Below, piece by piece: positions 1 to 7,996 of a stretch of 50,810 nucleotides of DNA. Below the pieces are notes generated by a model. The model had not been told where the DNA came from and searched no databases. It saw nothing but the letters and a program-made list of their open reading frames with translations. The stretch lies in assembly GCA_038046685.1 (NCBI GenBank), contig JBBSVT010000103.1:1-50810 (forward strand), given 5' to 3'. Origin of the DNA: Nanobdellota archaeon. Lineage in GTDB: Archaea > Nanobdellota > Nanobdellia > Woesearchaeales > GW2011-AR4. Made by a program: the position numbers and the translations under genes. Numbering within the stretch: the stretch's first letter is position 1; the number at the start of each line of letters is the position of its first letter.

Positions 1-48
1 GGTAAAAATATTTATAGGGAACTTTTGAAGTGTGCCTCGTAACTTAAT

Positions 49-579
49 ACGTACTTTATTGCAATAGATTTAAATCATCTGAATGATTATTTTATTGCTC
101 TGCAAAATCTTTTGCCTAAGAATTCAAAATTAAGTTTGGCAAAATCATTTCATCTCACATTAAAATTCTTAGGGGATGTTCAACCAGATAATGCAGAAAA
201 AATTATAAATATTTTAAAAGACATAAAATTTCAGCAGTTTTCTGTTTTTCTTGACTCTATCGGGGTTTTCCCTTCTGAAAGCTGTATAAGAGTCATTTGG
301 CTTGGAATTAAGCCAGAAGGTAACATTTTAAAGTTGCAGAATATCATAGATGATTCATTAAAGCATTTATTCAAAAAAGAAAGGGACTTCAAAGCTCATG
401 TTACACTGGCAAGGGTCAAGAACTTAGAAGATAAAAAATCCCTTATTGAGCAATTAAAAAAAATTCAGGTTGAAAATGTAAAATTTGAGATAAAAGATTT
501 TAGGCTAATAAAGAGCACTTTGACGCCTAAAAGCCCGATTTATGAGGATTTGATGAGATTTAATTTGGATAATTTTTAG
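49..579 (+). CDS. thpR: RNA 2',3'-cyclic phosphodiesterase (2'-5' RNA ligase family, 2H phosphoesterase)
   Basis: Two HxT motifs (HLTL, HVTL). The frame extends upstream of the called TTG at 112 to YFIAIDL, the typical N-terminus, but only ACG (49) is available as a start; there is an in-frame TAA at 40-42. Confidence 0.88.
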   Translation, partial: TYFIAIDLNHLNDYFIALQNLLPKNSKLSLAKSFHLTLKFLGDVQPDNAEKIINILKDIKFQQFSVFLDSIGVFPSESCIRVIWLGIKPEGNILKLQNIIDDSLKHLFKKERDFKAHVTLARVKNLEDKKSLIEQLKKIQVENVKFEIKDFRLIKSTLTPKSPIYEDLMRFNLDNF

Positions 580-612
580 CAACCTTTTTAAACATACTCA
601 TTATTCCATTTT

Positions 613-704
613 TATTGCCTACGGAGCACAAGTTGCTCCAATAACTGCGAGGCTATAAAATGCAGTTCAGCATTCTGGACTGTTTTTCAGACAAAATAGG
701 AATA
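613..704 (+). promoter_or_regulatory. Putative structured 5' leader of rps2 (four-way junction)
   Basis: Stems: 623-628/634-639, 643-648/662-667, 674-678/687-691, closed by 613-621/697-704. A TATA-like TTTTTAAA lies at about 585-592. Confidence 0.5.
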
Positions 705-738
705 CGTAATAAACCATAACATATTAATAAATTTGAAA

Positions 739-1338
739 ATGGCTGAGGAAAAATTTTTGGTTCCAAGGGATGTTTATCTAAAGTCAGGGATACACATAGG
801 CACAAAATTCAGGACAAAATACATGGATCAGTTTATCTATAAAACGAGGCCCGATGGGTTGTCTGTTTTAAACCTGCAAAAAATTGATGAAAGAATAAAG
901 ATTGCTGCCTCCTTTCTAACTCAATACGGCTCAGAGGATGTCTTAGTCATATGCCGAAGAGAGAACGGATGGAAGGCAGTAGAATTATTTGGAAAATTGA
1001 CAGGAATTAGAGTTTTTGCCGGCAGATATCCGCCAGGAATATTAACAAATCCAAATCTCGAGATATACACAGAAGCAAAGATAGTGCTTGTTGTGGATGC
1101 CTGGCCTGACAAAAACGCCGTTCTTGACGCCGTTAGGATAGGAATCCCCGTAGTTGCATTGTGTGACACCAATAACCAGTCAAATTTCCTGGATTTGGTT
1201 GTTCCATGCAATAATAAAGGTAAGAAAAGTCTTGGATTATTATTTTACATTTTAACAAAGGAATTCCTAAGGTTAAAAGGAAAATTAAAAGACGGTGAAG
1301 AATTAAAGGAAAAACTGGAGGATTTTACAGAAGAGTAA
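739..1338 (+). CDS. rps2: 30S ribosomal protein uS2 (archaeal)
   Basis: YLKSGIHIGTK, GRYPPGILTNP and VPCNNKGKKS motifs of archaeal S2. ATG at 739 preferred over TTG at 733. Confidence 0.97.
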   Translation: MAEEKFLVPRDVYLKSGIHIGTKFRTKYMDQFIYKTRPDGLSVLNLQKIDERIKIAASFLTQYGSEDVLVICRRENGWKAVELFGKLTGIRVFAGRYPPGILTNPNLEIYTEAKIVLVVDAWPDKNAVLDAVRIGIPVVALCDTNNQSNFLDLVVPCNNKGKKSLGLLFYILTKEFLRLKGKLKDGEELKEKLEDFTEE

Positions 1339-2313
1339 TCAAACAGAACTTAACAAATCTTCTATTGCTTGCTTTACATTCTTACCCTTAAAAAGAACTT
1401 CGTACGTTTGTTGAGTTAAAGGCATCTTTATCTTATGTCTGCCGCTATACCCATATACAGCCATTGTTGTTGGGATGCCTTCTGCTATCATTCCATGCAT
1501 TTCTTTTTTTATTTCATCTAGTTTTTTGCCAACTGCAAGCTGCTCGCCGACAAAGTGATTTCTGCTGTGTCTGCTTGTGCACGTGGCTATTAAATCACCA
1601 ACTCCGGCCAAACCGTAGACTGTGCCTCTTTTAGCACCAAAATGCCTTCCAAAGTTATTCATTTCCATTAATCCAAGCGTGATTATAGATGCTTTTGCAT
1701 TATCACCAAATCCAAGGTTATCACAAACTCCAGTTGCCACTGCTGAAATATTTTTTAAAGCGCCGCAGATTTCTACTCCATCAACATCATTTAACTGATA
1801 TAATTTGAAATATGGCGTTGCCAGGCATTCGGCAATTATTTTGCATGTCTTTTTGTCGCTGCTTGCAACAACACTTGCTGTGGGCATTTTTCTGCTTACT
1901 TCCTCTGCATGATTTGGGCCTGACAAAACTGCTATTTTTGCTTTTCCTATTTCCTCTTGTATAACTTGGGACATTCTTTTGCATGTGGAGCTCTCAAGTC
2001 CTTTTGTCGCGCTAATGATTATCTGGTTTTTAAAATAGGGCCGGATTTTTTTCAGTGTATCCCTCAAAAATTCGCTTGGAATAGATACTATTATTATTTC
2101 AGAACCTTCAAGCATATTTTTCAAAGAATGGTCTACTATCACATTTGTCGGAATTTTTATTCCTGGCAAATACTGTAAATTCTCTCTTTTAGCTTCAATT
2201 TCATTTGAAAGCTCTTCTCTTCTAGCCCAAAGCTTTACGTCTAAACCTTTTTCACCTAATAAAACCGCTAAGGTTGTACCCCATGAACCTGCCCCCATTA
2301 TTGAAATTTTCAT
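1339..2313 (-). CDS. gpsA: NAD(P)H-dependent glycerol-3-phosphate dehydrogenase (bacterial type)
   Basis: GAGSWGT Rossmann motif, TKG, LSGPNHAEE, GALKN, GLAGVGDLIATC..SRN. Confidence 0.95.
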   Translation of the reverse strand: MKISIMGAGSWGTTLAVLLGEKGLDVKLWARREELSNEIEAKRENLQYLPGIKIPTNVIVDHSLKNMLEGSEIIIVSIPSEFLRDTLKKIRPYFKNQIIISATKGLESSTCKRMSQVIQEEIGKAKIAVLSGPNHAEEVSRKMPTASVVASSDKKTCKIIAECLATPYFKLYQLNDVDGVEICGALKNISAVATGVCDNLGFGDNAKASIITLGLMEMNNFGRHFGAKRGTVYGLAGVGDLIATCTSRHSRNHFVGEQLAVGKKLDEIKKEMHGMIAEGIPTTMAVYGYSGRHKIKMPLTQQTYEVLFKGKNVKQAIEDLLSSV

Positions 2314-2948
2314 TTTTGATTAAAATTATATTTTTGTTTTGACAACCTTGCTATCTCTTTCATTATCTTGTTTGTTACTTCCCTTAACATCTTTTTATTA
2401 ATCTTTTTATTGTAATATTCCGGAAAATATATTGGCTTTCCAATGTTCATAATGGCTCTTTTAAATTTTGGAATATAATCTCCTTTTGGCAGAATTTCAA
2501 AAGTGCCTATCAACCCGATTGGCAAAACAGGGGCTTTTGAAAAAAGAGTAAGCCTTGCAACTCCAGTTTTTGCTTTTTGCAATTTTCCTGTCAAGCTTCT
2601 TGTTCCTTCTGGATGAATTGCTATTATCTTGCCAGCCTTTAATGCCTGAATAGCCCATATCAATGCTTCTTTGCCTCCTTCTTCCCTGTCAAGAGGTACT
2701 GCACCTACATAAGTGTGCCAAACCTTTTTAAGAATGTTGTTAAAGTGCTCTTTCTTTGCAAGATGATGTATTTTCTTGTTGAGATAAGGAATCAAAGTAC
2801 ACATTATCACAAAATGGTCCATGTAGCTGGCATGATTTGCAGCTATGATAAAATGCCCATGTTTAGGGACATTTTCCAATCCATTAACTTTCTTAATCCA
2901 AAATCTGAATATTGTGGGGATTATTCTTTTTCCGATTGGATATACCAT
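2310..2948 (-). CDS. plsC: PlsC-family lysophospholipid acyltransferase (paralog 2)
   Basis: NHASYMD (HX4D) and HPEGTRS motifs; ATGA overlap with gpsA. Confidence 0.9.
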   Translation of the reverse strand: MVYPIGKRIIPTIFRFWIKKVNGLENVPKHGHFIIAANHASYMDHFVIMCTLIPYLNKKIHHLAKKEHFNNILKKVWHTYVGAVPLDREEGGKEALIWAIQALKAGKIIAIHPEGTRSLTGKLQKAKTGVARLTLFSKAPVLPIGLIGTFEILPKGDYIPKFKRAIMNIGKPIYFPEYYNKKINKKMLREVTNKIMKEIARLSKQKYNFNQK

Positions 2949-2949
2949 T

Positions 2950-3597
2950 TTAGTAATTATATTTTTGTCCTATTAGTTTTGCTATTTCTTTCATTATGCT
3001 CCGTGTGATTTTTACAAATATTTTTTCACTTGATTTTATGTTATAATATTTATTAAAATATATTGGCTTGCCGAATTTGACTTCGCATCTTTTGAAGCGA
3101 GGCAACACTTTTCCGACCGGAAGCACTTTATTTGCGTCTATGATCGCTACTGGCAGTACAGGAACTTTTGCTTTCAACGCAATTTTCGCAACGCCTGTGT
3201 AAGCCTTTTGCAGCTTTCCGTCTTTGCTTCTTCTCCCTTCAGGGAAGATAATAACTATTTCGCCTTTGTCCAGAGATTGCAGCACTTTTTTCATGTATTC
3301 TTGATTATTTTTCTTTGCATTAACTTCTTTATCCACATACACTGGAATGCCCCCCCACAGGTTAAGAAAGAATTTGGTGATAATATTTTTCCAGTAAAAG
3401 CTGTTGACCAACGCCCTAAATTGCCTATTCTGCCTTGAAATTATTATGCATGGTATAAGCAATGCATCATAATAGCTTGTATGGTTAACTGCTATAATAA
3501 ATGACTTATCTTTTGGCACATTTTCCCATCCTTCAATTTTCCTCAGCCAAAGTTTGTAAATGGGTGGAACTATCCATTTTGATATCGGGTAAGCCAT
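2950..3597 (-). CDS. plsC: PlsC-family lysophospholipid acyltransferase (paralog 1)
   Basis: NHTSYYD (HX4D) and FPEGRRS motifs; alignable over its full length with the neighbouring paralog. Confidence 0.9.
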   Translation of the reverse strand: MAYPISKWIVPPIYKLWLRKIEGWENVPKDKSFIIAVNHTSYYDALLIPCIIISRQNRQFRALVNSFYWKNIITKFFLNLWGGIPVYVDKEVNAKKNNQEYMKKVLQSLDKGEIVIIFPEGRRSKDGKLQKAYTGVAKIALKAKVPVLPVAIIDANKVLPVGKVLPRFKRCEVKFGKPIYFNKYYNIKSSEKIFVKITRSIMKEIAKLIGQKYNY

Positions 3598-3683
3598 ACT
3601 TTAGAAAAATAGAATAAGATATTAAAAAGTTTTTGCTTCTATACCTATAGAAATCCAACAAAATAGAAAAAATAATAAAAAAA

Positions 3684-4700
3684 TTATTCTATATCTTTGA
3701 TTCCGGTTTCGTCTATGTAAAACGAAGATTCACCTTCTGGCATACTAGGCGAGTCAATCAATTTAGCTACTCTTGTTCCTTTCTTGCCTTTCCTCAAGTA
3801 AACCCTGAAAGTTGAGGCATGCGCCACAATATGGCCCCCTATTGGTTGAGTAGGATCACCAAAGAACATATCTGGCTTTGCCATAACCTGATTTGTCACA
3901 TAAACACACAAATTATGCATATCTGCCAATTTCAGCAATATGTGCATATGCTTGTTTAGCTTTTGCTGCCTATTTGCCAAGGTGCCTCTGCCTATAAATT
4001 CTGCCCTAAAGTGGGCTGTCAATGAATCAATGACAACGAGTTTTACGTTTAAGCCTTGTTTTTTTATTAAGTCTTCTATCTTTTCTGCCAACAGCATTTG
4101 ATGATCAGAGTTGTAAGCCCTTGCCACTTTAATGTTCTTTAAAACCTGCTCTTCGTCCAAGCCAGCCCCCTTGGATAATTGTATAATTCTTTCTGGCCTG
4201 AAAGTGTTCTCTGTATCGATGTAGACTGCAACTGCATCTTTATCAACAGATTGGCAGCTGACAGCCAATGCATGGCCAAGCTGCGTTTTTCCAGAGCCGA
4301 ATTCACCAAAACATTCTACAATTGCGCCTGTTTCCAAGCCGCCTCCAATCAATGAATCAAATGATTTGCTTCCTGTTTTTATTCTGATTACTTTTTCTCT
4401 TCTTCTCAGCAATTCTTCTCCTGACTCAAAGCCCATCTCAAGAGATTCCCTTGCAACTGCAATCATTTTCTTTGCAACTGCATCATTCATTCCAGTTGCT
4501 TCCACAAGTTCAGCTGGCGATGCTACAGCAACGCTCATTAAATCCGTATAGCCAACTGCAATAAGCTTTTCAGCAGTTGCTGCCCCTACTCCGGGTAAAT
4601 CATAGATTGTTTTCTCTTCTTTTTCCATCTTTATTTCGCGTCTTTTTCTTCTTGAATCTTTTGATTCAGAATTTTGTATTTCTATAGCTTCTTGTTCCAT
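3684..4700 (-). CDS. radA: DNA repair and recombination protein RadA
   Basis: N-terminal HhH (DLPGVG), Walker [35 protein letters not shown]. Start uncertain (4700 or 4628). Confidence 0.97.
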   Translation of the reverse strand: MEQEAIEIQNSESKDSRRKRREIKMEKEEKTIYDLPGVGAATAEKLIAVGYTDLMSVAVASPAELVEATGMNDAVAKKMIAVARESLEMGFESGEELLRRREKVIRIKTGSKSFDSLIGGGLETGAIVECFGEFGSGKTQLGHALAVSCQSVDKDAVAVYIDTENTFRPERIIQLSKGAGLDEEQVLKNIKVARAYNSDHQMLLAEKIEDLIKKQGLNVKLVVIDSLTAHFRAEFIGRGTLANRQQKLNKHMHILLKLADMHNLCVYVTNQVMAKPDMFFGDPTQPIGGHIVAHASTFRVYLRKGKKGTRVAKLIDSPSMPEGESSFYIDETGIKDIE

Positions 4701-4744
4701 TATAATCACTTCCTTTTATATTTTTATTCATTTTAGAAAGAGGT

Positions 4745-5041
4745 TTAAATAACCTCTTCTATAACATCTTCATCAATTTCGGAGTAGCTAGCAGTTTCCA
4801 TTTCCCTAAGAACTAAGTACTCATATGCTTTTTCAAGCACTAAAGCTGCTTTTGGCAAATCATTGACTCTGAAAGAACTTGCGCTTTGCCAAACTCCATT
4901 TTTGTCTTTATATCTCCTCTGCAGAGAAACAGTTCTGTAAGCGACCATTTCTCCGTTTCTGCCTTTTCCCTGGTTTTGCCAGACTGTGGCAGTTATAACT
5001 CCCGTGCTGAATTTCTTTTCAGGCACATTTCTACTTTCCAT
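4745..5041 (-). CDS. Small hypothetical protein, possibly a PC4-like ssDNA-binding protein
   Basis: Beta-rich aromatic/basic pattern (ATVWQN, RRYKDKNGVWQ), acidic C-terminal tail, GGGTGA SD motif, directly upstream of radA. Confidence 0.65.
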   Translation of the reverse strand: MESRNVPEKKFSTGVITATVWQNQGKGRNGEMVAYRTVSLQRRYKDKNGVWQSASSFRVNDLPKAALVLEKAYEYLVLREMETASYSEIDEDVIEEVI

Positions 5042-5080
5042 TTTTATTCACCCAAATTTGCTTTTCGCGTTTTGTTTCAA

Positions 5081-5172
5081 AGCCTCTTTAATTAGGAATG
5101 TCTTGGATTTAGGCGGATTTACGTCATTGCCTTAACATTCCAGAGGCTGGGTAGATTGTTTTTCAACAACCT
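5081..5172 (-). promoter_or_regulatory. Putative structured 5' leader RNA of the 98-aa gene/radA operon
   Basis: GAAA-tetraloop hairpin (5153-5172) followed by a long three-segment stem (5081-5148); TATATAAA at 5202-5195. Confidence 0.55.
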
Positions 5173-5205
5173 AAATAGTATTAGCTATAGTAAGTTTATA
5201 TAGTT

Positions 5206-5229
5206 TGTCCAGCAATGTCCAGTGTCCAG
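5206..5229. promoter_or_regulatory. Three TGTCCAG direct repeats just upstream of the radA-operon TATA box
   Basis: Copies at 5206-5212, 5216-5222 and 5223-5229. Confidence 0.45.
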
Positions 5230-5262
5230 TGGTTATTTGCCATATGGAAAAGAAAAATATTG

Positions 5263-5428
5263 GTAGGAAAAGCTTGTTTAATATATTATGAAAAAAATTT
5301 CCTCCTTGGCGGTTCGACGGACAACTTTCCTCCTTGCTGAACTAAATTATAAAGTCGAAAAGCTTGTCCTACTCGCCAAAAATTTCTGCGGATTTTGATG
5401 TCTAATTGCTTAATCCTTGAAATTTTTG
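5263..5428. repeat. Two imperfect inverted-repeat structures upstream of the orphan cassette
   Basis: GTAGGAAAAGCTT (5263-5275) / AAGCTTGTCCTAC (5360-5372); CAAAAATTTC (5377-5386) / GAAATTTTTG (5419-5428) enclosing GGATT/AATCC. Confidence 0.55.
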
Positions 5429-5551
5429 TCTCACCGAACGCCACGGAGATTTTTTTCTTGAAGAAAAAGTAAAGGTTTAATCCTTGTTTGCCAAAATATT
5501 ACTCAGACGAATAACCAAAATTTGATATACTTTTATTAAAAAAGTCAATTT

Positions 5552-6193
5552 ATGCATCAAGAAAAATTTTATAGGCCAAAAAAGTTTGTTGGATTATCAT
5601 TAATTCTTTTAATTATACTAACAAATGTGATAACTTTTAATTGGTACACTAATCCTGAACATAGTAAAAGTAAATATTGCTTTTTTAGCAATTGTCTATT
5701 TCATTTCAAAGTAAACATTATTTTTGGTATAATCTTTATAATCATCACAATATTATGGAATAATACCATAGGTAAATGGCAACCTATCATAGAAATATTC
5801 AAAAATCAAGTTAGTTTTATTCCTCGAACTAAAGGTTCAAGCGAAATTACACTTTCAAATCAAGAATTGAAAAATATACAAATTATAAAAACAGGTATAC
5901 CCAAAATAATTGGTATAGAGTTTAAAGATATTGACAAAATTTCACAAGCAATGAGCGAAGCGACTACAAAAACTGATTTAATTTACAAGATTATACATTA
6001 TATATCATTTAAATTGAGAAAAATTCCAATTAAATTCTTACAGTTTAATGATAAAAAAGAAGATAAAATATACATCTTCAAAAATATTATGGAAATTAAT
6101 CATAAAAGAGGATATCATGTTTCTTTATGGAAAATATCCTATTCCAAACAATTTGATTCACTATATAATGATTTATCCAATTTAGTAAATTAA
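5552..6193 (+). CDS. Orphan membrane protein (two N-terminal TM segments)
   Basis: 213-aa ORF, very AT-rich, opposite strand to its neighbours, two hydrophobic stretches. Confidence 0.7.
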   Translation: MHQEKFYRPKKFVGLSLILLIILTNVITFNWYTNPEHSKSKYCFFSNCLFHFKVNIIFGIIFIIITILWNNTIGKWQPIIEIFKNQVSFIPRTKGSSEITLSNQELKNIQIIKTGIPKIIGIEFKDIDKISQAMSEATTKTDLIYKIIHYISFKLRKIPIKFLQFNDKKEDKIYIFKNIMEINHKRGYHVSLWKISYSKQFDSLYNDLSNLVN

Positions 6194-6344
6194 CTATTAT
6201 CTGACTTTGGTTTTTCGCCTGTATCACACCATCTTCCCCTACATAGCTCGGTTCGACAAACAAAAGTAAACCTCGTTTTTAGCTTTCTTCCTTTCGCATA
6301 AAGTGAGATTATATACGCATAGCCTTCGGAACTTTTCTTAGAAT

Positions 6345-6599
6345 TTATCTGTCATATATGCTGCCTCTGTGGCCTGCAACCCTAACAAATAGAACCTTAT
6401 TTTTGAAATCGATATCAATAAGCAACCTATAATCTCCAACCCTAAGCTTATAGAAATCCCTACCTTCATAATGCTCAAGATAATGGAAAGGATTTTCTTT
6501 TATCTCCTTGACTTTCAGAACAATTCTTGCCGATATATCATTCGGCAACTTGCGTAAATATTTCTTTAATTTAGGATCCCACTCAACAGAGTAACTCAT
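6345..6599 (-). CDS. relE: RelE/ParE-family type II toxin
   Basis: YSVEW...YKLRVGDYRLLIDID...GHR signature; ATGA overlap with the antitoxin. Confidence 0.9.
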   Translation of the reverse strand: MSYSVEWDPKLKKYLRKLPNDISARIVLKVKEIKENPFHYLEHYEGRDFYKLRVGDYRLLIDIDFKNKVLFVRVAGHRGSIYDR

Positions 6600-6799
6600 T
6601 GTAAGAATTCTTTTTCCATATCTTCTTGGCTGATGTACTCGGATCGAGGAGTTTTTCTAGCTTCTTCAAGTTGCCTTTTAGCTTCATTGCTAAGCTCAAA
6701 GTCCTCTGCCAGAGCGTGTTTTATAAACTTCATGTCCTTTTGAAGATCTTTCAACTCCTCGTGTATGGTCTTAAGTGATACAGATGTCATTTCATTCAC
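6596..6799 (-). CDS. Cognate antitoxin (archaeal RelB-like)
   Basis: Small acidic helical protein directly upstream of, and overlapping, relE; C-terminal EYISQEDMEKEF. Confidence 0.75.
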   Translation of the reverse strand: MNEMTSVSLKTIHEELKDLQKDMKFIKHALAEDFELSNEAKRQLEEARKTPRSEYISQEDMEKEFLQ

Positions 6800-6946
6800 C
6801 TATGACATTAAAGGTTAGGTTCTATTTATAACTTATGGTTATTATCCTCTAAGAAAAGCACGGAAAGAATAAAAAATCGGAAAATTGAAATGTTAAGGTG
6901 CAAATAACTTTATTTTTTGAAGGATGCTTCCTCAACATATCAAGAG

Positions 6947-7939
6947 CTATCCGTTCTGTAATCTCTTTAGTTCCTCTTCCGGATTAGGATTTATATCAAC
7001 ATAATTAACAATAAACTCCAACCTATTGAACAAAGAATTGTTGTTTACTTTGCCAGCTAATTTTGTAATAGTGCCCAGCAATTCATTTTTTACTGCTTCA
7101 AATTCTGCCGGCTCTTGCTTGAATTTCATAACCTGCTCCTGATTTAGTTTAAGCAGCCTCTCAACTTGATTCCTGAAGAAAACGCACCTTATTGTTTCTG
7201 TTCCATCGTCAAGAACTGCGTTAAGCACATAAGAGTAGCTCGGGATCACATTTCCATGCTCTGCGCACTCAAACAGATCAGCTGACGGCTTTGCCCTTTT
7301 GCCGCAGCGTGGGCATGTTTCGAAATACTTGATGTCGAAAACCTGCACAATTGTGCCTAGCAGTTCAGCCTCGCTGTCATTTTCATTTAAAGTCTTGATT
7401 TCTTTTCTATTTCCAGATTTGTCATTAACATAAACATCAGTTACAGTTACTCCTATCGGATTAATCAAAAGCTGGCTTCGGTCATTAAGATGAATTTCCT
7501 TTCTTCCATTATTGTCCCTGACATAAGCGCCTAAAATCTTGACAATATCGCCTTGTCTTATATTTGAGGTATTGTCAGCCTGAGAGCCCCATAACACAAC
7601 TCTTATTGTTCCAGTTTCGTCTCCAATCACAATAGAAGCAACCTTGCTTAAGGCATCGCCTCTCATAAATTCCTTTAAATCATAAACCTGTAAAATCTTT
7701 CCTATAGTTTCTACATCCCTCATTCCAGTTAAAATGTTCTTAATCTGCAGTTTTCCGCTTAACGGCTCAAAAATTTTTACTCCAAGTTCATTTGCAACGA
7801 TATGGGCTGCTCCTTCCTTGCTTATCAAGCCAGAAAGCTGTTTCATTTTCCTATCGATTCGTTCCTCTATCTCGGAAACGCTCATTTGGGTCTTTTCGAT
7901 TATCTTCAGAATTATCTCTTCATAAGGGATCTTTATCAT
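6947..7939 (-). CDS. rpa: Replication protein A, large-subunit-like (N-terminal helical domain, two OB folds, Zn finger)
   Basis: GLISKEGAAHIVANELG, GDETGTIRVVLW, CPRC...CAEH, LDDGTETIRCVFF. Confidence 0.88.
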   Translation of the reverse strand: MIKIPYEEIILKIIEKTQMSVSEIEERIDRKMKQLSGLISKEGAAHIVANELGVKIFEPLSGKLQIKNILTGMRDVETIGKILQVYDLKEFMRGDALSKVASIVIGDETGTIRVVLWGSQADNTSNIRQGDIVKILGAYVRDNNGRKEIHLNDRSQLLINPIGVTVTDVYVNDKSGNRKEIKTLNENDSEAELLGTIVQVFDIKYFETCPRCGKRAKPSADLFECAEHGNVIPSYSYVLNAVLDDGTETIRCVFFRNQVERLLKLNQEQVMKFKQEPAEFEAVKNELLGTITKLAGKVNNNSLFNRLEFIVNYVDINPNPEEELKRLQNG

Positions 7940-7996
7940 AAACTAAAGTTAAAAGAGTTTGTTTATAATAGTTTTGTTTTTGTAAAACAAATATTT

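Noticed and set aside
5309-6257. GGTTCGA words (about 5311 and 6250) resembling a tRNA T-loop
   Set aside because: No cloverleaf, acceptor stem or D-arm around either, so no tRNA was called.
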